Below, in pieces: positions 9,543 to 19,699 of a stretch of 30,800 bases of DNA. Numbering within the stretch: position 1 is the stretch's first letter; each line of letters opens with the position of its first letter. The notes under the pieces are model-generated. The model ran no database searches and had not been told where the DNA came from. It saw only the letters and a program-made list of their open reading frames with translations. A program made the translations under genes and the position numbers. This DNA comes from Snowella sp. GTDB lineage: Bacteria > Cyanobacteriota > Cyanobacteriia > Cyanobacteriales > Microcystaceae. The stretch lies in NCBI GenBank assembly GCA_035285545.1, contig JAYKGY010000080.1, positions 1-30,800 on the forward strand, in the 5' to 3' direction.

Positions 9543-10769
9543 ATGTTGTCTGTTAATCAAGCTGAGTCCGTTATCCTAAATTCGGTTAACTCCCTTAAGG
9601 AGTTAGAAACTTTACCGTTAGAAAAAGCTTTCAATCGAGTTTTAGCGGAATCACTTACGAGTAATCTAGATTTTCCCTATTGGGATAATTCCGCGATGGA
9701 TGGTTATGCAGTCAGATTCGAGGATGTGCAAAATGCCAGCCCTGATCAACCCGTAACTTTAACAATTATTGAAGAAATTCCCGCAGGTCGAAAACCGCAG
9801 TTAGTTCTGCGATCGCGTCAGGCTGCCCGAATTTTTACAGGGGCAATGCTGCCAGAGGGAGCCGATACCATTGTCATGCAGGAAAATACTCAACGACAGG
9901 ATGATCAGGTTTCGATCCGCATTGCTCCGCCCCATATTCAAAATTTTGTGCGAAAACGGGGAGAATACGCCCAAAGAGGAGAAACCTTATTATCAGCAGG
10001 AATCCAGATTAAAGAAGCAGAAATGGCGATTCTCGCAACGGCTCAAAAAACAGAGATTCCCGTTTATCGTCGTCCCAAAGTCGCTATTTTCTCAACCGGC
10101 GATGAATTAATTTCTCCTGAGCAAACCCTTGAACCCGGACAAATTATTGATTCCAATCAGTATGCCCTCACTGCTTTTGTGCAAAGTCAAGGAGCCATTC
10201 CCCTAAAATTAGGCATCGTTCCCGACCAGCGCGATCGCCTCCGAGAAACCATGAGTCAGGCAATTGAACAAGCGGATATTGTCCTTTCTACAGGCGGCGT
10301 TTCAGTGGGAGATTACGATTATGTTGAGGAATTATTAGCCGAATTAGGGGGAGAAATCCTGATTCGTAGTGTCGCGATTAAGCCAGGAAAACCCCTAACC
10401 GTTGCTAAATTTGCTAATGGTTGTGTGTATTTTGGGATTCCAGGTAATCCCGTTTCTGCTTTGGTGAGTTGTTGGCGTTTCGTGCAACCTGCCCTTAAAA
10501 AATTATCAGGCTTAACATCCCCCTGGCATCCTCTGTTTATTCAAGCGCGATCGCTGAGCCAATTAAAACCTGATAGTAAACGGGAAAGCTATTTATGGGG
10601 AAAAATTAACTGGAATGAAGCGGGAATCCCAGAATTTCAAGTGGCATCGGGTAGTCACAGTTCAGGGAATTTGATCAATTTAGCGCAAACCAATGCTTTA
10701 GCCCAATTACCGATTAATAATGAAATGATTTTAGTCGGCGAAACAATCAACGTCATGTTGATTAGATAA
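9543..10769 (+). CDS. moeA: Molybdopterin molybdotransferase
   Basis: DNSAMDGYA, IFTGAMLPEGAD, STGDEL, STGGVSVGD, KPGKP and GIPGNPVS motifs. Confidence 0.95.
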   Translation: MLSVNQAESVILNSVNSLKELETLPLEKAFNRVLAESLTSNLDFPYWDNSAMDGYAVRFEDVQNASPDQPVTLTIIEEIPAGRKPQLVLRSRQAARIFTGAMLPEGADTIVMQENTQRQDDQVSIRIAPPHIQNFVRKRGEYAQRGETLLSAGIQIKEAEMAILATAQKTEIPVYRRPKVAIFSTGDELISPEQTLEPGQIIDSNQYALTAFVQSQGAIPLKLGIVPDQRDRLRETMSQAIEQADIVLSTGGVSVGDYDYVEELLAELGGEILIRSVAIKPGKPLTVAKFANGCVYFGIPGNPVSALVSCWRFVQPALKKLSGLTSPWHPLFIQARSLSQLKPDSKRESYLWGKINWNEAGIPEFQVASGSHSSGNLINLAQTNALAQLPINNEMILVGETINVMLIR

Positions 10770-10804
10770 CAAAAGAGGTGGAGTTTCCCTCACCTATAGT
10801 TGAT

Positions 10805-10845
10805 CTCCCCTCTATTAAGGTTAGGGCTAGGGAGGGGCTAAAACC
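10805..10845. repeat. Degenerate intergenic repeat/hairpin between the convergent moeA and spoIID-like genes
   Basis: CCCCTC...GAGGGG inverted arms around an AGGTTAGGGCTAGG core, resembling cyanobacterial dispersed repeats. Confidence 0.35.
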
Positions 10846-10893
10846 TACTTCAAATCAGCAATGCCCCATGCTACAAATCGGCAACGTCAATCC

Positions 10894-12480
10894 TCAATTT
10901 CCTTTCCAAAACACAATACTATTATTCAACGGTTGTAGTTTTGCCCCTCGATAGTAAAAAGCCAGAATTTTTTCAGGCGACCAGCCGAGTTGAGCAAGTT
11001 TATAGGAACCAAATTGACTCATGCCGACTCCGTGACCTAGCCCGCCGCCAACAAAGGCATAGCCGGTAAGTTGTTTTTGCTTATCGTAAATGGGGTCAAC
11101 ATAAAAGAGGGTGCTACGGGGGGAGGAAAAGGCACTACGGGCTTCGTTTTTGGCTAATTCGATAACGCCTTTATCGGTTTGCACTTCTAATATTAAAATG
11201 CGTCCTGACGGCGATCGCTGGGTGACCTGCATACTTTGAATCGTTGTGAAATTGGCCAGGGGATGTTTGCGCTTGCCTAAATAGGTTTTGAGATCCCGAT
11301 TGAGTTCTTCTAGGGTATTTTGGTAACGCCAACGAAACATTCGACGCTCGGATTCGTTAAATCCGTCTTTTAGATTAATAAATTTACGAAAATCTGCCTC
11401 ATTTTCCAAGGACTGTTGGGAAAGATCCCAGAGATTTTTTGGAGAATCAATGACCGCTTGTAAATAGGGTCGCTCTTCCCCATTCCAAACATCACTAAAT
11501 CGAGCCGTTACGCCGCCAGTGGTCGAAGAATACAGGGCATCGACTAATTCATTTTGGTAGGTTAATACTAAGCCACGAGTTTCCGCGATCGCCTTATCTG
11601 CTTTAGGACTGGTATCCTTTAAACCGTAATACACTTGGCAATGGGTACTAGCACACAGTTGATAATTATCGGCTTCAAAACGGCGAAGATTGCGGAGGGC
11701 ATAGGTTCGGGCAATGATGGTTTGGGCTTTGGTCGCATTTTCAGGGGCATTACTACCAATTTCGTGGGGAACCACTCCCCGTAAATACACCTCCAAGGGA
11801 ACGGTATTCACCAAGGTATAGGTGCCGTAGGCATTCGGTTGCAGTTTTAAAGACCCACCATACAAGCGTTGGGGGTTATTTTTACCTTCTCTGACTTGAA
11901 CGAGATTTTTAGTACTGGAAACTTCTAAAAAACTCGTCGGATATTGTTTCCCATTCACATTAATAAGGGTTTGGGGTTTGGCGTTGACAATGGCACTATC
12001 TAAGCGGGGTAAATCGTAGCCTTTCGCTTTTAAACTTTGTAACAACCAACGACGCACCAAGGGGCTAGAATAGACATCCCGTTTGGCCCACACTTGCCAG
12101 CGTTCCGGTTGGGTAACTTCTACCTGAAGCCCTAAAGCCTTCCATTGATTCGCGCTATCTTCGGCTGTTTCAAAGGTGGAATGTTCACTTAACACTAACC
12201 GTTCTTCTAACTTCGGTGCGGGGAGGGTTTGCTGAACGATCCCAATGTTGGCATTTTGGGTTGTTAGGGTTTGGGGTTGGTTATTTTGATCGACAAACCG
12301 TAACGTTAAGGTGCTACCCGACGGAGCCGTCAACTCTAATTGATCCTTAGCTTCATCCCCAAATCGTTGCACAACGCCGACTTTTATTTCAATGTCATTG
12401 GCACTTACGGGAGCAGTAAAACCACTACTTAAGGTCAAAGAAACAGCCGCAAGAGCAAAAAGGACGGAGTTACGCTGCAT
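10894..12480 (-). CDS. SpoIID/LytB domain protein (amidase enhancer / lytic transglycosylase-like), exported
   Basis: Signal peptide; VNTVPLEVYLRGVVPHEI, KAQTIIARTYA, CQVYYG, YSSTTGG, GGGLGHGVGMSQFG, ILAFYY. Confidence 0.92.
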   Translation of the reverse strand: MQRNSVLFALAAVSLTLSSGFTAPVSANDIEIKVGVVQRFGDEAKDQLELTAPSGSTLTLRFVDQNNQPQTLTTQNANIGIVQQTLPAPKLEERLVLSEHSTFETAEDSANQWKALGLQVEVTQPERWQVWAKRDVYSSPLVRRWLLQSLKAKGYDLPRLDSAIVNAKPQTLINVNGKQYPTSFLEVSSTKNLVQVREGKNNPQRLYGGSLKLQPNAYGTYTLVNTVPLEVYLRGVVPHEIGSNAPENATKAQTIIARTYALRNLRRFEADNYQLCASTHCQVYYGLKDTSPKADKAIAETRGLVLTYQNELVDALYSSTTGGVTARFSDVWNGEERPYLQAVIDSPKNLWDLSQQSLENEADFRKFINLKDGFNESERRMFRWRYQNTLEELNRDLKTYLGKRKHPLANFTTIQSMQVTQRSPSGRILILEVQTDKGVIELAKNEARSAFSSPRSTLFYVDPIYDKQKQLTGYAFVGGGLGHGVGMSQFGSYKLAQLGWSPEKILAFYYRGAKLQPLNNSIVFWKGN

Positions 12481-12801
12481 AAATGAGGTTAAGTCAACAA
12501 AATAAGGGACGTTTATACAATCAAGAAAGACTGGCTCGTTAAAATTTTGTGCCTGGGAGAGGGAGAAGTTGTGAACGATAGTCCAGCATTAGTAGGCAGT
12601 TTAAAAGGATGTAAAAGGTTTAATTTGTTTTCCCCGATCTCCATTGACTATATCGCAGCGCGATCGCTTAGGGCAATAGGGGGTCTTAATCCCGCTTTTT
12701 TGGGGTAATCGTCCTCAATCATTGAGATTTATCAATTTAAACTATTTAAAAAAGTCGTAGTTCTTTTGATACAATAAGCAAAACTTTCTGGAACAAGCAG
12801 C

Positions 12802-13659
12802 ATGATCAAGTTACCGCCTTGGATCGTTTTAGATCCCCTTCTTCAAAATTGGTTATTGGAAGACATTGGCAGAGGCGATCGCTCAACCCAAGGATTACAA
12901 CTCTTAAGATCGGGAAAAGCGACTTGGGTAGCCAAAGAACGGGGCATTATTGCGGGTTTAACGGTTGCTGCAAGAGTTTTCTATTTATTAGACCCAACGA
13001 TGGTTTTTACACCGCTACTGCCTGAAGGAGCCATTGCCGAAAAAGGTCAACTCATTGCGGAATTACAAGGACCCTTAGAGTCACTGTTAATGGGGGAGCG
13101 GGTCGCGTTAAATTTAGCCATGCGGCTCAGTGGGATTGCGACTTTAACCCGTAAATATGTGGAAGTGATTGCGGACTTGGCAACCCATTTAGTGGATACC
13201 CGTAAAACTACGCCTGGATTACGGATTCTTGAAAAATATGCGGTGCAAGTCGGGGGAGCTGTCAACCATCGAATGGGATTGGATGATTCTGTCATGGTCA
13301 AAGACAATCATATTATGGCAGCAGGCGGTATTTCCGAGGCGATCGCCAAATTACGCCACACTATCCCCTATCCCCTGACCATTGAGGTAGAAACAGCCAA
13401 TTTAAGCGAAGTCAATGAAGCGATCGCGGCGGGTGTCGATATTATCATGCTGGACAACATGAGCCTGGAGGAAATGAAACGGGCAGTGGAACTGATTCGA
13501 CGGGAAAATCCCAATATTCACATCGAAGCTTCTGGCAATATCACCCTAGACAATCTCCGTTTAGTGGCCAAAACTGGCGTGGACTATATCTCTAGTAGTG
13601 CCCCCATCACCCGTTCCTGTTGGCTGGATATCAGCATGAAGTTATCACCCCTAGAATAA
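12802..13659 (+). CDS. nadC: Quinolinate phosphoribosyltransferase
   Basis: ERVALN, SGIAT, DTRKTTPGLR, NHRMGLDD, KDNH, IEVE, IMLDN, EASGNI. Confidence 0.96.
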   Translation: MIKLPPWIVLDPLLQNWLLEDIGRGDRSTQGLQLLRSGKATWVAKERGIIAGLTVAARVFYLLDPTMVFTPLLPEGAIAEKGQLIAELQGPLESLLMGERVALNLAMRLSGIATLTRKYVEVIADLATHLVDTRKTTPGLRILEKYAVQVGGAVNHRMGLDDSVMVKDNHIMAAGGISEAIAKLRHTIPYPLTIEVETANLSEVNEAIAAGVDIIMLDNMSLEEMKRAVELIRRENPNIHIEASGNITLDNLRLVAKTGVDYISSSAPITRSCWLDISMKLSPLE

Positions 13660-13839
13660 TTGAAGTCAAGGCGCGATCGCTCCGTTCATCAACAAGGCCG
13701 AAAAACCTCACCTTAAAAAAAGGATCGGATTTAGCGGAAGGCGTTACAATTCAAACAATAAGCCAAGTAACTCCTCTGCTTTAGCCGAAAAGAGAGCGAA
13801 GAGCTTAGTTTCCATGTCCATGAACTTCAAGGGGGAGAT

Positions 13840-14427
13840 ATGGACTTTTGTTTATCCGCATCTAAAATTCCCAAACAACCAACCGAACCTAGCAAACCGA
13901 TCGCGGGTTCGTCCTTTCAGATTCGCTATGCCGACCTCAAAGACATCAAAGCCTTAGCCGAGGTTCTGATTCACAGTTTTCACATTTCCCAATCCTGGAT
14001 ATCCTGGTTTTATCCCTTATTAAAATTAGGGATTTATGAAGATCTTAGAACCCGTTTGCGGGCGAACTCTCCCTACTACCAATGTCTGGTTGCTTTTACC
14101 TTAGAAACGGAAGAAATTATTGGTACCGCAGAGATCTCATTACGGACTTGGTTTATGACCCATACCCGTTCTTGTTATGTTTCCAATCTTGCGGTGAGCC
14201 AAGCCTACCGTCGCCAGGGAATTGCCAAACAATTGTTATTAAAATGCGAAAAAATTGCCCGCGAATGGAATTGTCAAACCCTTTATTTACATGTATTAGA
14301 AGATAACACCGCAGCGAAACAACTCTATTTAACCAATGGTTACCAATGGCAACGGGTTGAAAACACTTTACGGAGTTGGTTATTCAATCAACCCAAACGG
14401 TTACTTTTAGAAAAAAAAGTTAAATAA
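13840..14427 (+). CDS. GNAT family N-acetyltransferase
   Basis: Motif A YVSNLAVSQAYRRQGIAKQLL; LHVLEDNTAAKQLY; SD-like GGGGGAG upstream. Confidence 0.9.
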   Translation: MDFCLSASKIPKQPTEPSKPIAGSSFQIRYADLKDIKALAEVLIHSFHISQSWISWFYPLLKLGIYEDLRTRLRANSPYYQCLVAFTLETEEIIGTAEISLRTWFMTHTRSCYVSNLAVSQAYRRQGIAKQLLLKCEKIAREWNCQTLYLHVLEDNTAAKQLYLTNGYQWQRVENTLRSWLFNQPKRLLLEKKVK

Positions 14428-14570
14428 CTAACTGGGCTTTCTTTATTGGTAGATAATCACTCTCTAGCGGATTAACGGGCAAGATGTTTCCCCTATTTAT
14501 CCTTCATTTCAACCAGCAATTTAAGATAAAAGTTTGAGTTTAATGTTTACAAACCAATTAATAATGAAGA

Positions 14571-15005
14571 ATGGATAATGCAGACGAAATTGTATCGCAA
14601 TTACATCGTAAAGAATTTTTAATTGTTAACCCCCGCCGACGCAATGGCATTATTTTGATTAAACCGTACCATGCGGAATTTGCCGGGCCAGGAGCAGTCA
14701 TTGGCAGTGAGTTTGATCAAGAGGTGCTTCACATCTTAGCTGTTGGTAAATTATCCCTGTTATCCCCCCAAAACCCAGAAGAAAAAATTAAAGCCCATTT
14801 AATTCGTCGTCAATGGATTTTACTCACCAAACAAATTGCTGATAATCCAAGCCCCAAACAACGGGCCCAAGTCATTCTCAATCAATTTGAACATTGGTTT
14901 GATGCGACAACGACTGAGGATGTATCAGACGAAATTTTTGCCCTCTTAGTCGGTGTATTGCCAAAAACAATCACAGCAGTGCGTCAAGAGAGAGACAAAA
15001 TTTAG
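14571..15005 (+). CDS. Hypothetical protein, possibly a degenerate Crp/Fnr-like regulator
   Basis: AEFAGPGAVIG resembles the cNMP-domain 'GPGxxxG' turn; C-terminal SDEIFALLVGVLPKTITAVR resembles a Crp-type HTH. Confidence 0.6.
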   Translation: MDNADEIVSQLHRKEFLIVNPRRRNGIILIKPYHAEFAGPGAVIGSEFDQEVLHILAVGKLSLLSPQNPEEKIKAHLIRRQWILLTKQIADNPSPKQRAQVILNQFEHWFDATTTEDVSDEIFALLVGVLPKTITAVRQERDKI

Positions 15006-15017
15006 TGCTCAGGCTAT

Positions 15018-15046
15018 CTTACGGAATGTTACAGACTGTAACTAAA
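15018..15046 (+). promoter_or_regulatory. Putative transcription-factor site: 10-bp-phased TTAC/TTAC/TAAC repeats overlapping the palindrome GTTACAG-A-CTGTAAC
   Basis: TTAC 15019, TTAC 15029, TAAC 15039; perfect 7-bp inverted repeat at 15028-15042; resembles the HLR1 (RpaB) direct repeat. Confidence 0.5.
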
Positions 15047-15130
15047 GAGTAGGCCAATCTTCGCAACCATGATAACTTCTATAAAGGTTAGTTGATTCAT
15101 GTTGCGTTCCATTAAGGAGGATAACTGACG

Positions 15131-15325
15131 GTGCCAGCTACTTCAGCAGATCAGTCCCTGTGCCGAGAAGATATTCGTGAATACGTTGCCGAGCTACAAC
15201 TTCACATGACGCTACAAGCTCGCAATCTTGTCCCCACATTTGCTCAATCTGGTGATAGTCGCCAACAGCTTTTACAAGAAACCCAAGCGGTGATGGAAAA
15301 AATGATTTCCCGCCAATCGTTCTAA
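15131..15325 (+). CDS. Small hypothetical protein, 64 aa
   Basis: Strong SD AAGGAGG (15114-15120) before the GTG; helical-looking sequence; terminator directly downstream. Confidence 0.8.
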   Translation: MPATSADQSLCREDIREYVAELQLHMTLQARNLVPTFAQSGDSRQQLLQETQAVMEKMISRQSF

Positions 15326-15368
15326 ATATTGGGTGTGTTTATTATTGTCTGAAGAGTTATAGATCAAT

Positions 15369-15400
15369 CAGGATTAGATGTAGGTCTTATCCTGTTTTTT
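15369..15400 (+). terminator. Intrinsic terminator
   Basis: CAGGATTAGA / TCTTATCCTG stem (one mismatch) followed by TTTTTT. Confidence 0.7.
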
Positions 15401-15410
15401 ATTTGTTATT

Positions 15411-15767
15411 TTAATCGGCTCCTTCCTTCTTAACCGTTTCGTTCGGTTTAGTAAAGCGTTGAATGATCAATTGAATGGCTAAAAGGATTAAGCCGATCGC
15501 GACAAAGCTAAAAATAAACGTTGCTAAAGATGCTACCCCCACTACCAGAGTACGGACAGCAGAACCGATTTTAATGACTAGTAAGTTATCGGAAGTGATG
15601 GGTTTTGTGGCAAAGGTGGTCGCGATCGCGGAAGTTAGGGAATATAAACCGAGTGCTAAAGCCCCAGACATCGTTGACCCGACTAAACAGCGTAAGGGAG
15701 TTACTTCCTTTTGATCCGTTTCAACAGGGGTAAGGGTCGTTTGAGATTCCGTTTTCTTATCGCTCAT
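15411..15767 (-). CDS. DUF3082-like membrane protein
   Basis: TPLRCLVGS...F...P...IGSAVRTLVVG...LATFIF...GLILLAIQL pattern; start reassigned to ATG 15767 (MSDKK) with AGGA upstream, which removes the overlap with ispE. Confidence 0.8.
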   Translation of the reverse strand: MSDKKTESQTTLTPVETDQKEVTPLRCLVGSTMSGALALGLYSLTSAIATTFATKPITSDNLLVIKIGSAVRTLVVGVASLATFIFSFVAIGLILLAIQLIIQRFTKPNETVKKEGAD

Positions 15768-15799
15768 AATCGGTTTTCCTAGCAAATATTCAAATAAAA

Positions 15800-16744
15800 T
15801 TAGGCAGAAACTTGAATTCCTTTGTTGGTTAAGCGTGTTACCCAAAATCCTAAATGGGGATCATTGAGTTCCGTTTCGGCTTGTTGGCGGATTCTTTCAG
15901 CTTCTGCTTGAGATTCACAGAGGGTAAAGACGGTTGGCCCCGATCCGGACATCATGGTTCCGAGTCCCCCGGCTTGGGCTAACACAGATCGCAATTTGGC
16001 AACAGCTTTGTATTCGGGTAACACCACTTTTTCCAAATCATTGTAGAGTAATTGCCCAATCTGTTTACCATCTTGATGCGCGATCGCGGAAACTAAAGGC
16101 CCTGCATGAATGGCGGAGGTGCGGGACTGCATTTCCCTAGCTTCTTGGAGATAGGTATCCCCAAATTGCTGGCGATAGGTGCCATAGGCCCAAGGGGTAG
16201 AAACGGCAATATTGCGATATTTAGCTAAAACGACCCAAAGATTGTTTAAATCCTGAATCGGATCTAGCAGTTCCCCCCGTCCGGTTGCGATCGCGGTTCC
16301 GCCGGCAATACAAAAGGGGACATCCGAGCCTAATTGGGCCGCTAGACGTTGTAATTCAGGTTTCGTTAATCCCAATCGCCAAAGTAAATTCATCCCGACT
16401 AAGACGGCGGCAGCATCCGTTGATCCCCCTGCCAATCCTGCGGCTACGGGAATGCGTTTATCCAAGGTAATATCAATGCCCCCATAATTGGCATACACGC
16501 TTGGAAATTGGGCCATCATTAACTTCGCAGCCCGATAGGTTAAATTGGTGTCATCTAAGGGAACGTCGGCATGGTCACAAAATAGGCGAATCTGTTCCGT
16601 GCCATTGGCTCGAATTTCTAATTGATCCGCCAGTTCGATACTTTGTAGGATCATCACTAATTCATGAAAACCATCGGGGCGATCGCCGAAAATTTCTAAA
16701 TACAGATTAATTTTGGCCGGAGCAAGCAGGGTATAGGAGCGCAT
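15800..16744 (-). CDS. ispE: 4-diphosphocytidyl-2-C-methyl-D-erythritol kinase
   Basis: [50 protein letters not shown]. Confidence 0.97.
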   Translation of the reverse strand: MRSYTLLAPAKINLYLEIFGDRPDGFHELVMILQSIELADQLEIRANGTEQIRLFCDHADVPLDDTNLTYRAAKLMMAQFPSVYANYGGIDITLDKRIPVAAGLAGGSTDAAAVLVGMNLLWRLGLTKPELQRLAAQLGSDVPFCIAGGTAIATGRGELLDPIQDLNNLWVVLAKYRNIAVSTPWAYGTYRQQFGDTYLQEAREMQSRTSAIHAGPLVSAIAHQDGKQIGQLLYNDLEKVVLPEYKAVAKLRSVLAQAGGLGTMMSGSGPTVFTLCESQAEAERIRQQAETELNDPHLGFWVTRLTNKGIQVSA

Positions 16745-16761
16745 ATCAGCCTGAAAAGCGT

Positions 16762-17583
16762 TTAAATTAAAGGTTCTAATAAATTGCTGAGGCTAATCCA
16801 TTGGGACAAACTCAGTTCTTCGGCTCGTGCCTGGGAGTCTATTCCTAATTGTTCCAGGATTTGGGTCAGGCGATCGCTATCCAACAGACTTTTTAAATTG
16901 TTCCGTAACATTTTTCGCCGACTGGCAAAGCCTAATTTGACAATTTGATCCAAAAAGCGGGGATTATCAGCAGGATTAGCGATTTGATAGGGAACGAGAC
17001 GAACAACGGCAGAATCCACTTGCGGCGGCGGCGAGAAAGCTGTTTTAGGCACATCGGCAATCCAATCACAGCGAGCTAAATATTGAATGCGAATTGATAG
17101 GGCCCCGTAGGCTTTGGTTGCAGGTTCGGCCACCAATCGTTCCGCCACTTCCTTTTGCATCAATAAAACTAGCGAATCATAGCTAGGTTGCTGGGGTTGG
17201 GCAATGGTTCCCAATAGTTTTTCTAGAATCGGGCCGGTAATGTTGTAGGGAATATTAGCAACGACTTTATTAATCGGCTGAAATTTCGGAAATTGGCTTA
17301 ATTGGGTTGATAAATCGAGATCTAAAAAATCTCCCTGTAATAACAAAAAATTCTCTATTTCTCCAAAGCTTTTCACTAATTTCCGGCACAAATCCCGATC
17401 AATTTCGACCGACACTAGGGATTCAACTTTGGGTAACAAGCGGCGGGTTAAAATTCCCGTACCTGGCCCAATTTCTAACACGTGATCGCCTTTAGTCAGA
17501 TTAGCCGCAGTGACAATTTCAGACAGCGTTTTTTCACTTTTTAACCAATGTTGGCCAAACCGTTTGCGGGGACGAAAATTCAT
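16762..17583 (-). CDS. rsmA: 16S rRNA m6,2A1518/1519 dimethyltransferase (KsgA)
   Basis: [60 protein letters not shown]. Confidence 0.97.
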   Translation of the reverse strand: MNFRPRKRFGQHWLKSEKTLSEIVTAANLTKGDHVLEIGPGTGILTRRLLPKVESLVSVEIDRDLCRKLVKSFGEIENFLLLQGDFLDLDLSTQLSQFPKFQPINKVVANIPYNITGPILEKLLGTIAQPQQPSYDSLVLLMQKEVAERLVAEPATKAYGALSIRIQYLARCDWIADVPKTAFSPPPQVDSAVVRLVPYQIANPADNPRFLDQIVKLGFASRRKMLRNNLKSLLDSDRLTQILEQLGIDSQARAEELSLSQWISLSNLLEPLI

Positions 17584-17706
17584 GAATCGAAGAGGTGGGG
17601 GATCACAGCATTATGCCTAACCCATCATAAAATTTTTGGGGATTGATGAACTTAAAATTAAGGATTAACCGTCAAAATTAAAAAGCGTTAAATTTTTGAT
17701 TTACCT

Positions 17707-18105
17707 ATGATAGCTCTCAAAAACTGGGTCTTTCCCTTCGCGATCGCCGGTTTAACCCTGACTTCTTTGGGAGGCGTTACGGCCCAACCTGACCCGGCCA
17801 CTAATTCCATCAACAAAATTACCTTTGATCTATCCGCCATTTCCCCTGAAGGACTCATTGGCCCCCCCAATGGATTACGATCTGTGAGCTATGAATTCTG
17901 TATTCCTGCCCAACGCAAAACGGTCAAACAAGTTCAAGCGATCGATCCCACTGTGCAATATTCCCGCAGTCGGGGCCGCATCGGTTGCCAACCGAATCAA
18001 TATCTCTGCATTGGCCATACCCATCAAGCCAATTGGAAAGAGGTTTTATTTAACTTAGCCCAGTTGGAGTACGTCAAAAAAATCGATCAATTTTGGGGAG
18101 AATAG
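17707..18105 (+). CDS. Exported hypothetical protein with three Cys
   Basis: Signal peptide ending VTA-Q; YEFCIP, GRIGC and YLCIG motifs. Confidence 0.75.
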   Translation: MIALKNWVFPFAIAGLTLTSLGGVTAQPDPATNSINKITFDLSAISPEGLIGPPNGLRSVSYEFCIPAQRKTVKQVQAIDPTVQYSRSRGRIGCQPNQYLCIGHTHQANWKEVLFNLAQLEYVKKIDQFWGE

Positions 18106-18206
18106 ATGGGCTTGAATCTTCCTTCCAATTGTGAAGGATACGGAAAAACGGCAATTTAGTCTCTATTTAAGGGTTTATTCGTTGACTAACAGGGAGAAAT
18201 ATCAAC

Positions 18207-19157
18207 ATGGCAGGGTTTTTCGCCGTTCTTTTTGCTGCCGTTTTATTTTGTTTTCATAATCTGATTGTCCGTATTCTGTTTGCACCACAAAAACTGTTGG
18301 GCGTTTGGGAAATCGGAGGATTTGTTACCCCCACCTTAAATGATTCCCTCCTCTTACTGTTGTTGCGAATGATCTGGGTGGTTCCCCTCATGGCACTGGT
18401 GGCTAATCGTCTTTATGCCCAGACCTGGACAGATTTAATTCAGCTGGTACGGCTTAAACAGCATCCAGTTTTAACGCGATCGCTGGCGTGTGGATTGTTG
18501 ATGTTTCTGTATTTGGTATTGCTGTATATTTCCATCAGTCTGATTCCGACTGGAATTGCCCTCACCCTCTTTTTTACCTACCCCATTTTTACCGCTTTAT
18601 TAGCCTGGCGTTTATTTGGCGATATCCCAACCTTATTGCGCTGGGGAGTCATTTTTTTGACTTTATTGGGAACCTTACTGACCATTCCTTACCATTCGCC
18701 AGCAGGAGAACATTCTATGTGGCTAGGGATTTTTCTGGGAATCGCATCCGGTATTACCTACGCCGGTTACACTATTTTTGCCCAACAAGCGTTGACCCAA
18801 ATCCATCCTGTGCCATTTACCTGGATTAGCTTTGCGGTCACTTTAATCTTATCAATCATTAGTCTCTCCATTTGGCATCCGTCTGCAACTGAGTTCCTTT
18901 GGCTACCCATTGGCATCGGTTCTCTCCTCTCCGCGCTCTTTACCTTTGCAGGTCATGTTCTCAATAATTGGGGGATTCGTCTCATTGGAGCCAGTCGAGC
19001 CGCCATGATTGGGGCTGCCAATCCGGCCTTGACCGTTGTTTTAGCTGCCTTAACCATCCAAGAAAATTTAAATGGATTACAAGTTTTGGGCGTGGCTTTA
19101 GTGACATTGAGCGTGGCGTTACTCAATTATGAAAAAGCTAGACCCTCTGTTTCCTAA
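18207..19157 (+). CDS. DMT/EamA family transporter
   Basis: About 10 hydrophobic segments; IPTGIALTLFFTYP, IGASRAAMIGAANP, QVLGVALV. Confidence 0.9.
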   Translation: MAGFFAVLFAAVLFCFHNLIVRILFAPQKLLGVWEIGGFVTPTLNDSLLLLLLRMIWVVPLMALVANRLYAQTWTDLIQLVRLKQHPVLTRSLACGLLMFLYLVLLYISISLIPTGIALTLFFTYPIFTALLAWRLFGDIPTLLRWGVIFLTLLGTLLTIPYHSPAGEHSMWLGIFLGIASGITYAGYTIFAQQALTQIHPVPFTWISFAVTLILSIISLSIWHPSATEFLWLPIGIGSLLSALFTFAGHVLNNWGIRLIGASRAAMIGAANPALTVVLAALTIQENLNGLQVLGVALVTLSVALLNYEKARPSVS

Positions 19158-19300
19158 ACATAAAACTTAGCCATACAATTACCCCATCAACTTATTAGAA
19201 AATGACAGATAACTTTTTTACCCCTTCCTGATACATTTTAAGAAAGGATACTCGTTTAAACTGTAGGTCAGATCAGCTTTTAAATCCCAAAATTTTAACC

Positions 19301-19699
19301 ATGACCAATCACTCCCAAACGCCGCTCACGAATCTTGCCAGTGGAATGATATTTGAGGATAAAAATAGCTATTTGCGCGTCAGTTGTCGAGGGCAATGGA
19401 ATTCGGATTTGGTGCTAGAAAATTTGCTAGAGATTAAAAAAGAAGCAGGACAAACCAATCACACCCGCATTTTATTGGACTGTTTAGAAATCGGGCCACC
19501 TCGATTTGAGCGCGATCGCATTGCTGTGGGTCAGGATATTGCTTATATCTTAAAGTCTCCGTTGAAAGTTGCCGCCCTGTATCCCGCTAAATTTACCAAT
19601 CGAGTTGCTGAAAAAATCGCCATTAATCGAGGGGTTATTTATCGAGTTTTTGCGGAAGAGAGTGAGGCTCTTGCGTGGTTGCTGAGTGATTCCGTTTAA
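19301..19699 (+). CDS. SpoIIAA/STAS-SEC14-like small protein
   Basis: Alpha/beta pattern ILLDC...KVAAL with C-terminal RVFAEESEALAWL. Confidence 0.6.
   Translation: MTNHSQTPLTNLASGMIFEDKNSYLRVSCRGQWNSDLVLENLLEIKKEAGQTNHTRILLDCLEIGPPRFERDRIAVGQDIAYILKSPLKVAALYPAKFTNRVAEKIAINRGVIYRVFAEESEALAWLLSDSV

Noticed and set aside
13681..13830. Possible glutamine (glnA) riboswitch or ncRNA between nadC and the GNAT gene (CGTTCA...GGAAG)
   Set aside because: The closing GAAG.AACG strand and P2/P3 stems could not be found.
15768..15845. N-terminal extension of the DUF3082 ORF
   Set aside because: It overlaps the ispE 3' end; ATG 15767 has an SD-like AGGA and gives a sensible protein.
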